A DNA stretch of 64,000 nucleotides from Klebsormidium nitens. Lineage: Eukaryota > Plantae > Klebsormidiophyceae. The stretch is from the NCBI GenBank assembly GCA_000708835.1, contig DF237059.1, positions 62,001 through 126,000 on the forward strand, in the 5' to 3' direction. Position numbers and translations under genes: made by a program. The stretch's first letter is position 1, and every line of letters begins with the position of its first letter. Of this stretch, positions 28,067 to 40,500 are shown one piece after another. The notes beneath the pieces were generated by a model, which made no database searches, was not told where the DNA came from, and saw nothing but the letters and a program-made list of their open reading frames with translations.

Positions 28067-31000
28067 CTACTTTGGCGTCAACTTGTAGATCTGCTCGAGG
28101 ATTCCCAAACTTCCGAGAAATCCCTTCCCAGTAACAAGCTCTTGAACAAGGAGGAGCACAAACCCAACCTGCAATTTAATGCAGAGCAAGACTGAGATCA
28201 GCACCGACCAATGCTACAATGTATCTCCAAGTTCAAACTCAGCACGGAGGAAACCTGCCCTTGCTACTCACACAGAATACCCCGCGTGCATCTGCCACAA
28301 AGCTATCGAGCAGATGCCGCCGGAACGAGAATCAGCTTCGTGCTGTCCCCGAGGACATCTGATACCTTCCAACGGGCCCAACATGCGTAATACTGGCAAT
28401 CGAAGGGTGTCGTACCTGAGCTGCTCTTCCGTTCAGGATCTCGTTCCTGGGGGTGAACCCGAACCCGCCCTGGGTCTCGTCGACTTGCATCTGCGGCTCG
28501 ACAACATTGACTGCAAGCAGAAAACGAAACGCCGTTTAGGGGCCTGAGTCTGGTCTAATATGTTAGCGTGACGACGTCCAAGGCGCCTTTCTGCAGCAAA
28601 GATTTCGCCAGGAATCACATTCGCCCTGTCAAGAACGACAGCAGTAACTTGGATTCAAGCCCCAAATATGTAGTCCACTGGCAAGTGCGTCATTCTGCCT
28701 TGTGCTGTCCTTTTAAAAACAAACTCCTTTTCGACTCAGAGTTGGAGGGGAAGGAGGGGAAGCAATAAAGTCGGACCCTCCGGTCGATTTGGTACAACTT
28801 CGTTCTGACAAGCGGACAAACAGATTTCTAGGATCATGTTTGTCTAGGATCAGATCAATCGCCAACTTGGCTCACCTTGCACGTCCCTCTGCCCTGCCGC
28901 CATGTCTCCAGTCTGCGAATCTGCACCGTCACAACATCGATACTTCAATTGACGGTGTGCAAGAAGTGAACAACTTTGCTGGCTGACATCGTCTCTATCG
29001 AAAGGGCACAGGAAGTGACCTTCTCATGATAAAAGCTAGCAGTTGACGTAACAAGTTCAACCTCCGTAACAAAAAAAACGCAGACCGATCCTGTCAGTAC
29101 TAGAAGTCCGATACAGACCAAAGACCCTTCCAAATCTCACAGACGCACACACGACTTACACCGAGCAACCTGCTGCAATTTTCAAGCCCTGTTGCATGCC
29201 GATTTCTAAGCTTAACCCCCTGATTATTTCTTAATAGCAATACCTCCATCTCTGGGCTCGAACTCGATTCATCCAGACCGACCATATTGAACCCTTATGC
29301 CCCAGATTGAACCACATTCCCGATCTCGAAAAGGTACCTAGCACATCCTTCAGAAGAAGCTTTCACAGCAAGATTCGTTCCAGGGCTACGAGCAGCCTGG
29401 TCACTTACTGTACAAAACCTCTGTGTAGCCACCGCCGGCTTCCCTCTGAAGGTCGATGAGGATGTTCTCGCCGTCCACCTTAACTGGGTAGGTGATCAAA
29501 TTTCTAGTGGGGGAGGTCAAGAAGCGAAGGACGGGGTTCTTGGGGTACCTGCAGGGAATGTCAGGCTTATTTTCGATTTCACCTAGAAAGGATGGAAGTA
29601 GGATTTCTTGAAACAGGGACAATCATTTCGGTGCCTCTGAGAGGGGCGCGTACCCAACCTGCAAATAACAAGATTTGACTCCCTTTTTTGATGCAAATGG
29701 CTACTTCTAAAAGCTGCGAGATCAATTCTTGAGCAATCACCTGCCATGTAAGAGGTGTCCCATATTATCTACCCAGATTTTGTATCTCGAGGAGCCTCCG
29801 AAAAGTCGTCACTATTTGTAACATCCTTTCAAGCATACTTTGCCAAATGCAGGTTGAAAATCGACAGAAGCACTCTGCTTATGGGAGTGTCTACTTGTCG
29901 CAAAAAAATATCTCTCCAGAATAAGATGCACAATGCTTTTAGTGACCAGATTTTGCTCCGGACAAAATGTACAATCAAAGCAATGTCTTGACCAGATTTT
30001 GCTCCGGACAGTATGTACAATCAAAGCAATGTCTTGAAACAAAGCGAATTCCCCTCAAAAAAGTATGCAACCAATTGTAGTATTACTCTCAAGGGGAGCC
30101 CTTTGCTGGGCTATCAGAATGCAGGCTCCCCGCTGGCATGGACTGGCGCAATACACTGGACAACTGCTTGAGCTCCCAGCATTTCCATTGCCCAACTGTG
30201 TAGACTCACCACTCCTTGATTTCGCCGGTTTTCAAGTCATACACAGTGTCCGTCCCGGGGCACACAATGCCACCTTCCTGGGTCAGCTTTGCATTGCTGA
30301 AGCCCTCGCTGTAGGCGCCCTCAGCAGGTGACCTGCTCTCGATAGCGCAGATCTCTGACTTGTACCAAAGAAGGAGAATGAGCTCGCCGTCCTGTCGGAC
30401 CAGTCTCCGAGCGCCACGTGGCAGCGCCGTAATAGGCAGGACGGGAACCCAGTTCTCCTCTGCAAAGGACATGGATGTATGTTAAAGACAAAATACATGT
30501 CACAGACTAATCCACGACGAGTTTTCAAATGTTACATTCTTGCTCCTCCAAGCTGGAGACAAGAACCGTCGGACATGCAGGAGATAAGAAAAATCATCAA
30601 GTGCCCAAGGATAGTTGAAGCTCTTAAAACGCAGATTACAAAGTCGTCAGCAAACGTAAGTATGTAGCTCATGGAGAATGCAGATTACAAAGTCATCAGC
30701 AAACGTAGATATGATCCTCATTGAACAGCCGGCGCAATGATGCGGCACTTAAAAAGAAAGACGGGCAGGATTCAAGGCATTTGAATTTGTGGAACACACC
30801 TATCTGGCATTCCAAGTTCTGATTTTGGTTAGCAAACAAGCAACACAAACATGAAGATGCATGTGTACAAGGTAACCACGATGCCTCTTTTTGAATCCAA
30901 TCACTAGATTTCAAGCACTAGCATACTGAATGATGGACCTGGGCATGGCTGCAAACCCTAATACCTGGCAAATGAGCAACCATCATTCAAGAGGACTGCA

Positions 31001-31728
31001 TTCGGTCTTGACATTGACAGACCCCAAGAACTGCAAACTGTCCTTACGGGCGTACAGAAACCACTTTCCAAACTCGGAAGTAGATTTGTGCAGAATGCGA
31101 GCTATACGATCCACAAAAGTAAGCATGCACTAAAGTGTCCGGCACACAATCTGCAAATAAACCTGATGACAAAAGGCAGACCTGAGTTGCGTGAAGATAA
31201 GAAAAGAGCAGACACATACAGTAATGTAAGACCAAGGGTTCTCACTTTGACTCAAAAGTCAGCTCATGAAAAATTGAATCTCTGCAAAAAGTCAGCTCAT
31301 GCAAAACTGAATCTTGCAGAGATCCGAGTTTTTTGACGTGGATCAATGTATGAGTAATGCAGGTAAGTTGTGAATGCCCATTCTCAATGCATAATTCATA
31401 GCTAACCACAGGTTAGCCGTGGTGGCAGCCATGGTGGCAGCCAATGAAAGACACAGGGCAGGATCTCACCCTGTGCAGTGGATGCTTGCGACGCAGTGTC
31501 TGCGGTGGCCCTCACGGTCTGTGCGGTTTCGCCTTGCCTAGACTGGAGGTGGGTCACAACCTTTGGGGCAAAACACCTGGCATTGCTCACATGCCTGCCA
31601 CTTGAAAGGTTGAGGGGCAGCTTTGCTGCCAGCACCTGCTTTGCTGGGACGCCTGCTGCGGCAGACTGCTGGCTCGAGATGGCACCAGCAACAGCGGAGC
31701 GCCCAGCGAGAGTTTGGGAAAGCGCCAT
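28067..31728 (-). CDS. PSB33: PSB33/TEF5/LIL8: thylakoid Rieske-like protein with C-terminal LHC-like helix
   Basis: Transit-peptide exon 31470-31728, then EENWVPVLPITALPRGARRLVRQDG...SPAEGAYSEGFSNAKLTQEGGIVCPGTDTVYDLKTGEIKE|WYPKNPVLRFLT...; GFGFTPRNEILNGRAAQ|VGFVLLLVQELVTGKGFLG, ending TAG at 28067-28069. The 2Fe-2S His ligands are absent, as is known for this family. Confidence 0.92.
29943..30036. repeat. 46-bp tandem duplication in a PSB33 intron
   Basis: tgaccagattttgctccggaca(aa/gt)atgtacaatcaaagcaatgtct occurs twice. Confidence 0.9.
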
Positions 31729-33955
31729 CTCTAAGTGCGGTACAGGTCCTTCTTGAAAGGCTGGAAATAGTGCCGGTGTTCGTCACGTTTGGGCTGCTGA
31801 TGCCAAGCAAGCTGAACCTTGCGCCTCTGACGAAGCGGAAAACAGAGAAGACGGTGAAAATGTGGCGCCCAAAACAACCAACAAAACCTGAGAAACGGGA
31901 GAAAGCAAAGGATGATCTGGGCACTCTGCGCAAGGAGCCCGAACAAGTCAATATGGCCCTTGGCATTTGCAGTTGACGGTGTTGGATGGCCCACGTCAAA
32001 CGGTAGGGAAAGATCGGCGGCCAAGATGCAGGCGCGTCAACGCCTTCACTACTGGCTTCAGGATCTGCAGATGTTCCGTCCGTTGCTCCGGTTCGACCGA
32101 GTCCCTGTCAAGACAGCGGAAAGTTGCTTGGCGCGGAACCGTTTATTCTTTAGGCTTGGGCCTCAGGCCAGGCTTGCAGGCTTTGGCCGCACTTCTTGCA
32201 CTCCTTTCCCGCTTCGCACAGCATCAGGCATGGCAGATCTCTTCCTTTCGATCCGTCGAACTCTCGATGTGATAATTTAAGCAGTCGTTTGGATAGTTAA
32301 AGGTCCATGTTTTGTAAGGCCGCTCGCAACCCTTGTACAATGGAGGCACCGCCACACTTCGTGCTTTGTACTGCTCTTCACCGACGTACTCTTGCAGCTT
32401 GTTAGGATCACGAGCCGTCCGTCCGACTAGCTTCGACATGTCCCTCGACTCGACCCTGTCGTCTGACTCTGATCAATCGTTGGAGCGGGCATTTCCATTC
32501 AATTGGTATCCATTCTGACCATTAGTATTTCACAAACATTGCAGATTTAGCAGACACGAACACGCTGACGTCGATTTGTCACTTCGACACAATTTTAATC
32601 TGGCCTTACTTTTAAAGGCATTCTTGAAACTCGACGCCCTGATTGAGGACGTCAGAGTCTCGACGCTCTGTGCAGAAGAAAATGCATAAATCCACACGCG
32701 AATCGAACTGTCGAAATTGAGCGAGGAAGTACAGTTGCTCCACATGTACACAGTCTGATTATGCAGAACTATTAGCATTATTTCGCTTTGTTCTACAAGA
32801 CACCTGAGCGGTCAGGGGCTGAAGTGCGCCGGCCTTACTGGCCATATGACGACGCCGCTGCATGCTTGGTGAAAGAGCTGCCGAATTACCTGAAAGCAGC
32901 TGCAGGCGTGTGCTGACTGTCAACTTCAAGCGTCTGACGAATTCCCAAACTTCGTATGGACCGCAATCAGCTTTGCATAGGAGATATCAAGAGGATGAAG
33001 CCTTCAAAGTTTATCGCATATCTTTCATTTGCGGAACGATCGATTGCAGAATCCGACATACATCATGGAGATCTGCTGACGCCTTGCACGTCCTTCAAAG
33101 TAAACGTTCATCATTGATGGTGCCTTTGGCACGCATGTTGGCAATCGCAGTTGGCTACGCCCATGGCATTTCGAGCTAGCCTTTTTACAAGGCATCAACT
33201 GCTCGAGTCCTCATCCTTCCTGCGTGCTGCTATTGAATAATCACTCGAAGCCGAGTTCCTGATGTCATGCCAGGATGCGCTGTTGAAGACAAATAGACTG
33301 AAGAAGGCAATACCGCAAACATCCTTCTTTTCTCCTCAGCCTGTTCGAGATCCGCTGTCGACACCCGGTTATCTGGGGGCCGAGCAAAGACTGGCGGTTG
33401 AAAATCAATGTGCACACTGCAGTACGACTTGAGCTCAATCAGGCCAGCTAGCGCCCGGCACAAGAGAGAGATTACGACATCGGACTTCTGGAATGATGTC
33501 AGCAAGCAACCATCGACTGCACTTGATGCAGTCGAAGTGGATGTATTGAAAGTTCATCTCGGCACGTGAAGATGTCGGCACCGTCTGACAACATCAACCG
33601 CCGCTCTAGAATATCCTGAGGCTGCCATGCCGGAGATCTTCACAGATGGAAGGGAGCAGAAAGGCTCTGAGGATAGACCAATGCGCTTCTGAGGACATGC
33701 TCACTGTCTGCTCAACGGCTCCCTTCCGGCCTTCCAGACTGGTGGAGTCAGGAGACGACGAGCTACATAATCCTAAACCCTGTTCACCATTTTCATTCTC
33801 ACAATCCTCATCTCGAGGATCCACTTTCCAGCCGCTCCCTGCTCCTGATCACCAAGCTCTCTCTCATCTTCTCCACCTCATTCAGTCGAGAAGCTGCGCT
33901 CGATCTCCTGGTCCATTTGATTGGATTTCTCGTTTCCAGCATTTCTGAAGGAGCG

Positions 33956-35973
33956 ATGGCGACTGCAATCTCCACCTGGAACATCCTGCCGACCTTCCAT
34001 GCTCTCGGGGCTGCTGTTCTTCTCATTTTGGTTCATTCTGCAGAGGCCCAGACGATCTTGTCGACAATCGACTACAGTAAGTAAACCGACTAGTCTTGAT
34101 TGAGACGATTCATTGTGATATTCTTGAAATCACTCACTTATCCAATCGGTCTTTCTGCTGACGTTGCAACTTCTACAACGACGAGCCTCAGTGAAAGCTC
34201 GACACATATGAGAAGTCGACTAGCTTCTGATTGGCGAGCTTGGCAATCTCTGACGACACGCGTCTGATAATGCAGGTCCGCAGCAAGTGTCGACTAGCGG
34301 AAGCACCGTTGCTATCAGAATGGACAAGAGCGGGGGAGCCAGAGTCCGGACGTCAAAGCAGTATTCTTACGGCACGTTCTCTGCTAACATCAAGTGTCCT
34401 GCTGGTAAGCACCAGATGCACTTCAGTCTTAGTTCCAGGATCACTTCTCAATGCAGCAGTCAATGTGCTAAGCTTGAAGCAAACCTTTCCAAGGTTTCAA
34501 TCTTTCCTTAGACCTTGAGTTGACGTCTTACTGCCGTCCTCACTTCTTTTTGCAAACTCTAAGGAATTACAAATCCATTCTAACTGAGTTCATTCTTTTG
34601 ATTTGCAGGGGACATTAGCGGATTTGTGCCTGCCTTCTATACAAGCTCCCTCGAGGGAAGTGGCAACCAGGTGCACAAATTAGTCTTTCCGTACCAATAC
34701 ATGAAAGCACCTTGCTTGCGTTCAGAAGGGCTTCAAGGCTGCAGAGATGACCAGCTTTTCCGCAAACTGCAATGAGTATGAGGATCATCTAGTTCAGTAT
34801 CGCTGCGAAGGGATCATTTCCGATGACGATGTTGGACTCGTAGAAAACGTTTGCAAATCGCTAGTTCTAACCCTGCTCTTCTTACAGGACGAGATTGATG
34901 TCGAGTTCCTCGGGAAGAACAAGGGGGCCATTCAGACAAACTACTACGTGAATGGTCAGGTGTGAAAATTCAGTGTCATGTCTCTTATGAATTGTAGTAG
35001 AAACTGTTGTCCTCATATGAAAAGAGTAACCTGATCTTGCTCAGTCGTCGAAATACAGCTGATTCGTGGAGATGAGGGTTATCAACTCTCTGTTTGGACC
35101 TGAATTGAATCTTGCTCACTGACAAGCTTTCGTCGATTGTAGGGCGGACGTGAGCAGATGATCTCCCTTGGCTTTGACTGCTCCTCTGCTTTCCACAAGT
35201 ATACAATCCAGTGGACGAGCTCAAGCATCAAGTGAGTAGCCTGAATTGTGGACGAGTGATGAAAAAGAGGTTTTTTCAGACCCAAGTAAGTTGAGTTGAA
35301 ATCCTCAGCAGCTTTGCTATTGAGACTGATGCTGGGACCATGAACTTTGAAAAAGTCTAGATTGACGTCATCTAATCACCTCTCAGAATGAATGATCGTC
35401 ACTGGATGCAATTAATCATCGATATCGTTTCTCCTTACGATTTCCATAGAGGCTGGATTGAAGTGAACCAGACGAGACTGGTCTCTACTTGCTTCTCTGA
35501 TGGCTCTTCTCCTGGTTCCTTGAAGGCTCACTTCATGTGACCTCTTTTTGCAGATGGTTCGTCGACGATAAGCTTGTACGAACTGCAACCAACGACGGCA
35601 GCTCACCATATCCTACCAAGCCTAGCTACTTGTGAGTTTACTCATCAGTCTCATCCAAGCCGTCACTTCAAGATTGAGCAATCATTTCTCTAGTGTATGT
35701 AAAATCTTCATCAGCTTTTCCTACGCCTGGTAGCAAAGCAGGTCAACAGATCACCGATAGACTCGGTTGCTTTATTGGTCTACATGATTAATAGTCAACC
35801 CCTCAATGTAAGGAATTTGTTGTTCTGATTGGGTGCTAAGCACTTGCGTTTTTCGATCCAGGTATGCTTCAATTTGGGACGCATCTAGTGTGAACGGAGG
35901 AGCCTGGGCTGGAACAGCGACCTACGCGAATGCCCCGTACTCTTTCCAACTGCAAGGGATCTCCGCTTCTTAA
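33956..35973 (+). CDS. EG16: GH16 endo-glucanase EG16 (XTH-related), with N-terminal signal peptide; 7 exons, 220 aa
   Basis: Exons 33956-34076, 34276-34404, 34609-34670, 34888-34959, 35143-35231, 35554-35631 and 35862-35973 join in phase. Catalytic motif DEIDVEFLG, plus IKCPAGDISG, LGFDCS, YTIQW and YASIWDAS. The N-terminus has a hydrophobic stretch LGAAVLLILVHSAEA-Q. Confidence 0.93.
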
Positions 35974-37577
35974 GCTTCTATAGACAGAAAGGCAGACCTG
36001 CTATTACCACAGAGGTTGGAAACTCGGTGTCATTTGAGAGGCTAGCGTAGAGTTGCAGATTGAGTTGCGGAGTAATGTTTCTGACGAGAAACGACAGAGT
36101 CACTTAGCAAACCTACTGCCATCAAAGAATAACTCGTTCTTTGATGCGAAGATTGTCATAAAAGTCGCATGAGCAAGACCTTGAGTAAGTTAAATCTGAC
36201 CAAACAGAGCATTCCTATCATTAATCCTCAGTTCATGAGACGGTAAAGTTGGTGAGAACATCACATGCCCAGTCTTAGTACATGACTGTATATCCACCGA
36301 CTCTCATACCGATAAAAGGCGTGAAACGTCTGCCAATTGTATTTTCGTTTGGAAGGTTTCGAGTGCCGTTGCGATGCAAGTATGTCTGGTTGATCCATCG
36401 CGTGCATGACGACTTAGGGGGAAAAAAGTGAAATGCACATACGATCCATTAAGCAGTGATCTTGATCGCTTAATTTTAATTCAATGCTTTCACACTTCTA
36501 GTGACTTTTTCAACGTGCAGATGCATTTATAATTTCCCGGCCGTTCGAATTGCGGGCGATGGCATTCATATCCTACCGGCCGTCCTGTGCTGCAACCCAA
36601 CGTGCGCCAGGTTAGCGCATCATGACATATATGGTGTTTTCGAGTTTGATTAGGCCTTGCATGAAACATAAGTTTAGTTGCGCGCTCATAAATTAGATAC
36701 CTCTAAAGATATGTTGCCCTGTATACTGGAAGTGATCTGATAGCTTTTCAATGCAGCTGCTCACGCTGATGCGTGCTAATCCAGTGGAGCGAGCATGATG
36801 ACCGACGTGCACGTAACGAATTGAGTGCATGGGAGATTGAGTGCATGAGCTACAGCCCGTCGTCCTTTTCCGCGGTTGGTGATTCTAAGTTCGTTTCCGA
36901 TCCCCATGCTCTCTGGGTTGCAAAGAATGAATGAACCATCGTGATCGTGGTCAGGCCGCTCCCGATTGCCGCGCGGTGCATGGCGTCAAGTGTGAGTGAC
37001 ATGGGGGCCCATCCTGTGCCCACCGACGCAGGCAGAATCCGTTCTACAGTAGAGGCTGTTCAGATATATTAGTAAGATTCATATCCTAACATGCAATATC
37101 GGCTTAGTCCAATCCCGGAAGGTCTGCATGGCCGTGAGTCGTGCGGGCTAGGCGAAATCAGTGACTTATCTGAGGAGATATAAGACAATTTGCTTGCGCA
37201 CCTCATGTGTCAGCACGAGCGCCATGACTCAGAAAGCAGGCACAAGAACACCCGGTCCTCTTGACGTCTTCAAGCTACCCAGCCCGCAAATTCTCCGCCA
37301 ACATTATATCCTGTAGCCTGACAATCTAGAACGGATTTTTGCCCGTCTGTTTGCGTGCAGCAATTGACTAACGTTCTCGCACCTTCCTCAGATAAAAGGC
37401 AAGTCACCTCTGATTTTTGCCACAACGGTCAAAATTGGTCTGCCTTTCATACTCCTTTTCGCGGCAGACTTGTCTTGATCCCGACAGATTGGCTCTCCTC
37501 GCAGCAGCCTCCGCCTCTTGCGTCTAACCCATCCCTCGTCGGGCGCAGCCAGGGTTGGCCGTCTTTCCGGTTTCCCC

Positions 37578-40500
37578 TCACTGCTCTGATCTCTGGAGCC
37601 GCTTCCCTAATGCCTCCTGGTTCAAATTGTTGAGAAGCTCGATGGCGGGGCCGACTTTCTCTGCCTGCAACGCATTTCAAAAAACGAAATGCTTGAGGCT
37701 TTGCCGATGTACACAGGGCCATGTCTAGCCGACGAGTCTCTCTGTCCGGACGGCAGGAGTTCCTGGTGCAAGAGATCAGGCTAATTTCTGTCTCCAGATG
37801 AGGAAAGAGTGTTACTTTGTGAGTACACGTCGCGCTTGGTCGTCTCGGAAGCTTGGAAGGCACACGCAAAGGGCTCAAAACGAAGCGGCGTAGAAAGGTG
37901 CCTGGCAAAGCTCGGGCCCCTTAACCTCGCACCCAGAATGTTGTTTTCGACGGATGGGTCGATGGTTCCCACAAAGGCCTCGAATTTGATGAACCGTCGG
38001 CTTCCGCAAGTTTTGCACCCAATGAACTGCAGACTGGCCGTGCAACATCTTGGGTGCGAGTTTAAGGTGCCCGACAAGGGCCGGCTGCGTATCGCTGGCG
38101 GGTTCACGGCGACGGTATACTCAAAACTGCCCACCAGGCATGCCCACCGCAGAACAATAATGAGGGGGAAGAACCGAGCAGATTCGAATGCTCCAGCATC
38201 TTTTCCTCTCTTAACAGGAGCGTCGCTGAAACTCAACGAAGTTCTCCTGCACTTCGTGCAGCGAGAAGAGGCAACTCTCGAAGTATGCACATGCATTGGG
38301 ACGTGACCAACGCGCCATCGGAATATAAGCGGGAGTGCTTACCATAGTCCGCCTGTCATACGTGGACCGCTGCATCTCGACGCTGTGACCCATGTAGATG
38401 GCGAGCGCCTCGAGCTCGCGCTCGGACGCACCCGTGCCGCGCAGGTGCGTCACCACAGAGTCGCGAACTAGGTGCGGATTAGTTTTCTTCCCGGTGATCC
38501 TGCACAGCCCACACAAACGATCATTATCCGGCTCGGATAATTTGTGCAGACAAGTCTTCCTTCCTTTCCTGATGTTGCTGGCCAGGATGAGCGTCTGTTA
38601 CTGCGGCCCTTCATGAATCCTCTTTGGTCAAAGACGAGGTCATACGTGCTCACACCAGGAAGGGCGGATTTCCTGATCTGCGGGGCCTCTGGGGGCTTAT
38701 ACCGATACCAGGACCTGCCTTCATGTTCTATCTGATCCTATCTCCCTTGCGTTCAAGACCGTCTTAGTGCGTTTCGAGGCAAGGGGCAGGGTCGCGTAAT
38801 GGATCGGCTGAATCTCGTGAAAAGTAGTTGTTTTGCAATTCAAAAACCATGAATCCTGCGTGCCCCTTACCGGTATGCCGTCGTGTAGAACAGTTTGTAC
38901 ACGTCTGTCTCCTTGAGCGGCTTCCCGTTCTTGGTCGAGAACAGGAACTCGTGCTGCGGGTTCAGGTGGGCCCGCCACGTGTCCATGAACGCTTCCAGCT
39001 CGGGGTAAAGCTCCGAGGAGACGGCCAGCGCGGGCCGGACGCCATATGCGCGCCCGGTTTTGTAGTCGTCCGGACCGTGCCGGATGACCCACCTGGAGCA
39101 GACACGTGGAATGAGACACTTCGTACTAGATACGGATCTCTGCCTTTGCTGCTATTCATCCATTATCTGTCGTGATGGTTGTGTTCCTGCGATTTTGGGC
39201 GCGCCCGGTCTTGTAGCTGTCCGGACGGTGCCGGATGACCCACCTGGAGAAGATACGTCCATCGAAACACTTCTGGAGGGAAATTCTGCCGTATTCTCCC
39301 TCGTCTCTTTCTAGATTTGTAATTTTTGTTTTAGAGTCGTCCGGACCATGCCGGATAACCCATCTGGAATAGAGACTTGGCTTCAGACGATGCTAAATGG
39401 AGGTTTCCTAGGTTGCTGTTCCTGGCCTCTAGGCAGAACTGTTACTTGTGGACTTGCTATACTTTGGCGCGCCCGATTAATGCTCATCCGGACCGTGCCG
39501 GATTAGCCACCTGAAGCAAACACGTCTCTTCAGACACTCCAAGTGGAGCTTTTTGTCACCAGCCTTTGTTCGAGCGTCGTGAGCTGAATCAAGGACTCCT
39601 TGTTGCGGCTCCTAAAGCATGAAAAACCTTTAAGCACCCACACTCAGCACGTCAAGTCGGAAAAGCAGAATCATGAGATGAGTGTTTTAGAATCAGAGAA
39701 GTAAGCAGCACAAAAGCAACAGCGTAAACTTGAAGCGATTCAAAGCATCCTCTTGGCGATGGCGGTCTTTGCCGCAGGGCAGAGAACGCGGCAACGAAAC
39801 GCAGTTTGCATGACGAGTAACAGAACAAACACAGTATTGATCCAAGCTCGTTCATGAAAATAGCCGGCTCCAGTCCGGAGGCACAAACGTGCAGAACAAG
39901 AGAGGAACAGGGTTAGAGTACGAACGGCGGGCGCACTCTCACCGGGCCCCTTCCTGGGTAAACGTCAGGTCAAAGGAAACCTCTTGGCGACAGAGTCTCT
40001 GCTCCGGAGGCGAGAACGCGGAGGATCAATCGACAACTAGGTGCGGAGCGAACTAACGACGACGGCCGGCGTATTCTCACCGGTCCGCTTCCTTGAAGAG
40101 CGTCCGTGTAGGAAGAAACCTCTTAGCAAAAGCAGTCACTGCTCCAAGAAGAGGCGAGAACGCGGGGAGTGAAACGAACAACTAGGGGTGGAAAATGCAA
40201 AGCACAACTAGAGTGGGCGCATTCTCGCCTGTCCCCTTCCTTGAAGAGCGTCCCGTCGAAAGAAACCTTTTCACGAAATCCGTCTTAACTCCGGAGGCGC
40301 GAGAATGCGTAACATCAAACGAACAATAGGGGGCGAAAGTACAGAGCACGACTAGAGCGGGCGCATTCTCACCTGTCCCCTTCCTTGAAGAGCGTCCGGT
40401 CAGGAAGCGACTTGGCGACAGCAGTCACTACTCCGGAGGCGCAAGAATGCGCAAGATAAAACGAACGACAGGGGGGGAACAAAGTACAAAGCAAAAGTAC

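Noticed and set aside
31990-32560. Possible degenerate transposase on the minus strand (…HLQILKPVVKALTRLH…; ORF 32224-32439)
   Set aside because: The frame is interrupted by stops, there is no recognisable catalytic motif or TIR, and the similarity is too weak to call.
37781-38306. Overlapping 171-aa (-) and 165-aa (+) ORFs in the last recombinase intron
   Set aside because: No recognisable motif, and chance ORFs of this length are common at this GC content.
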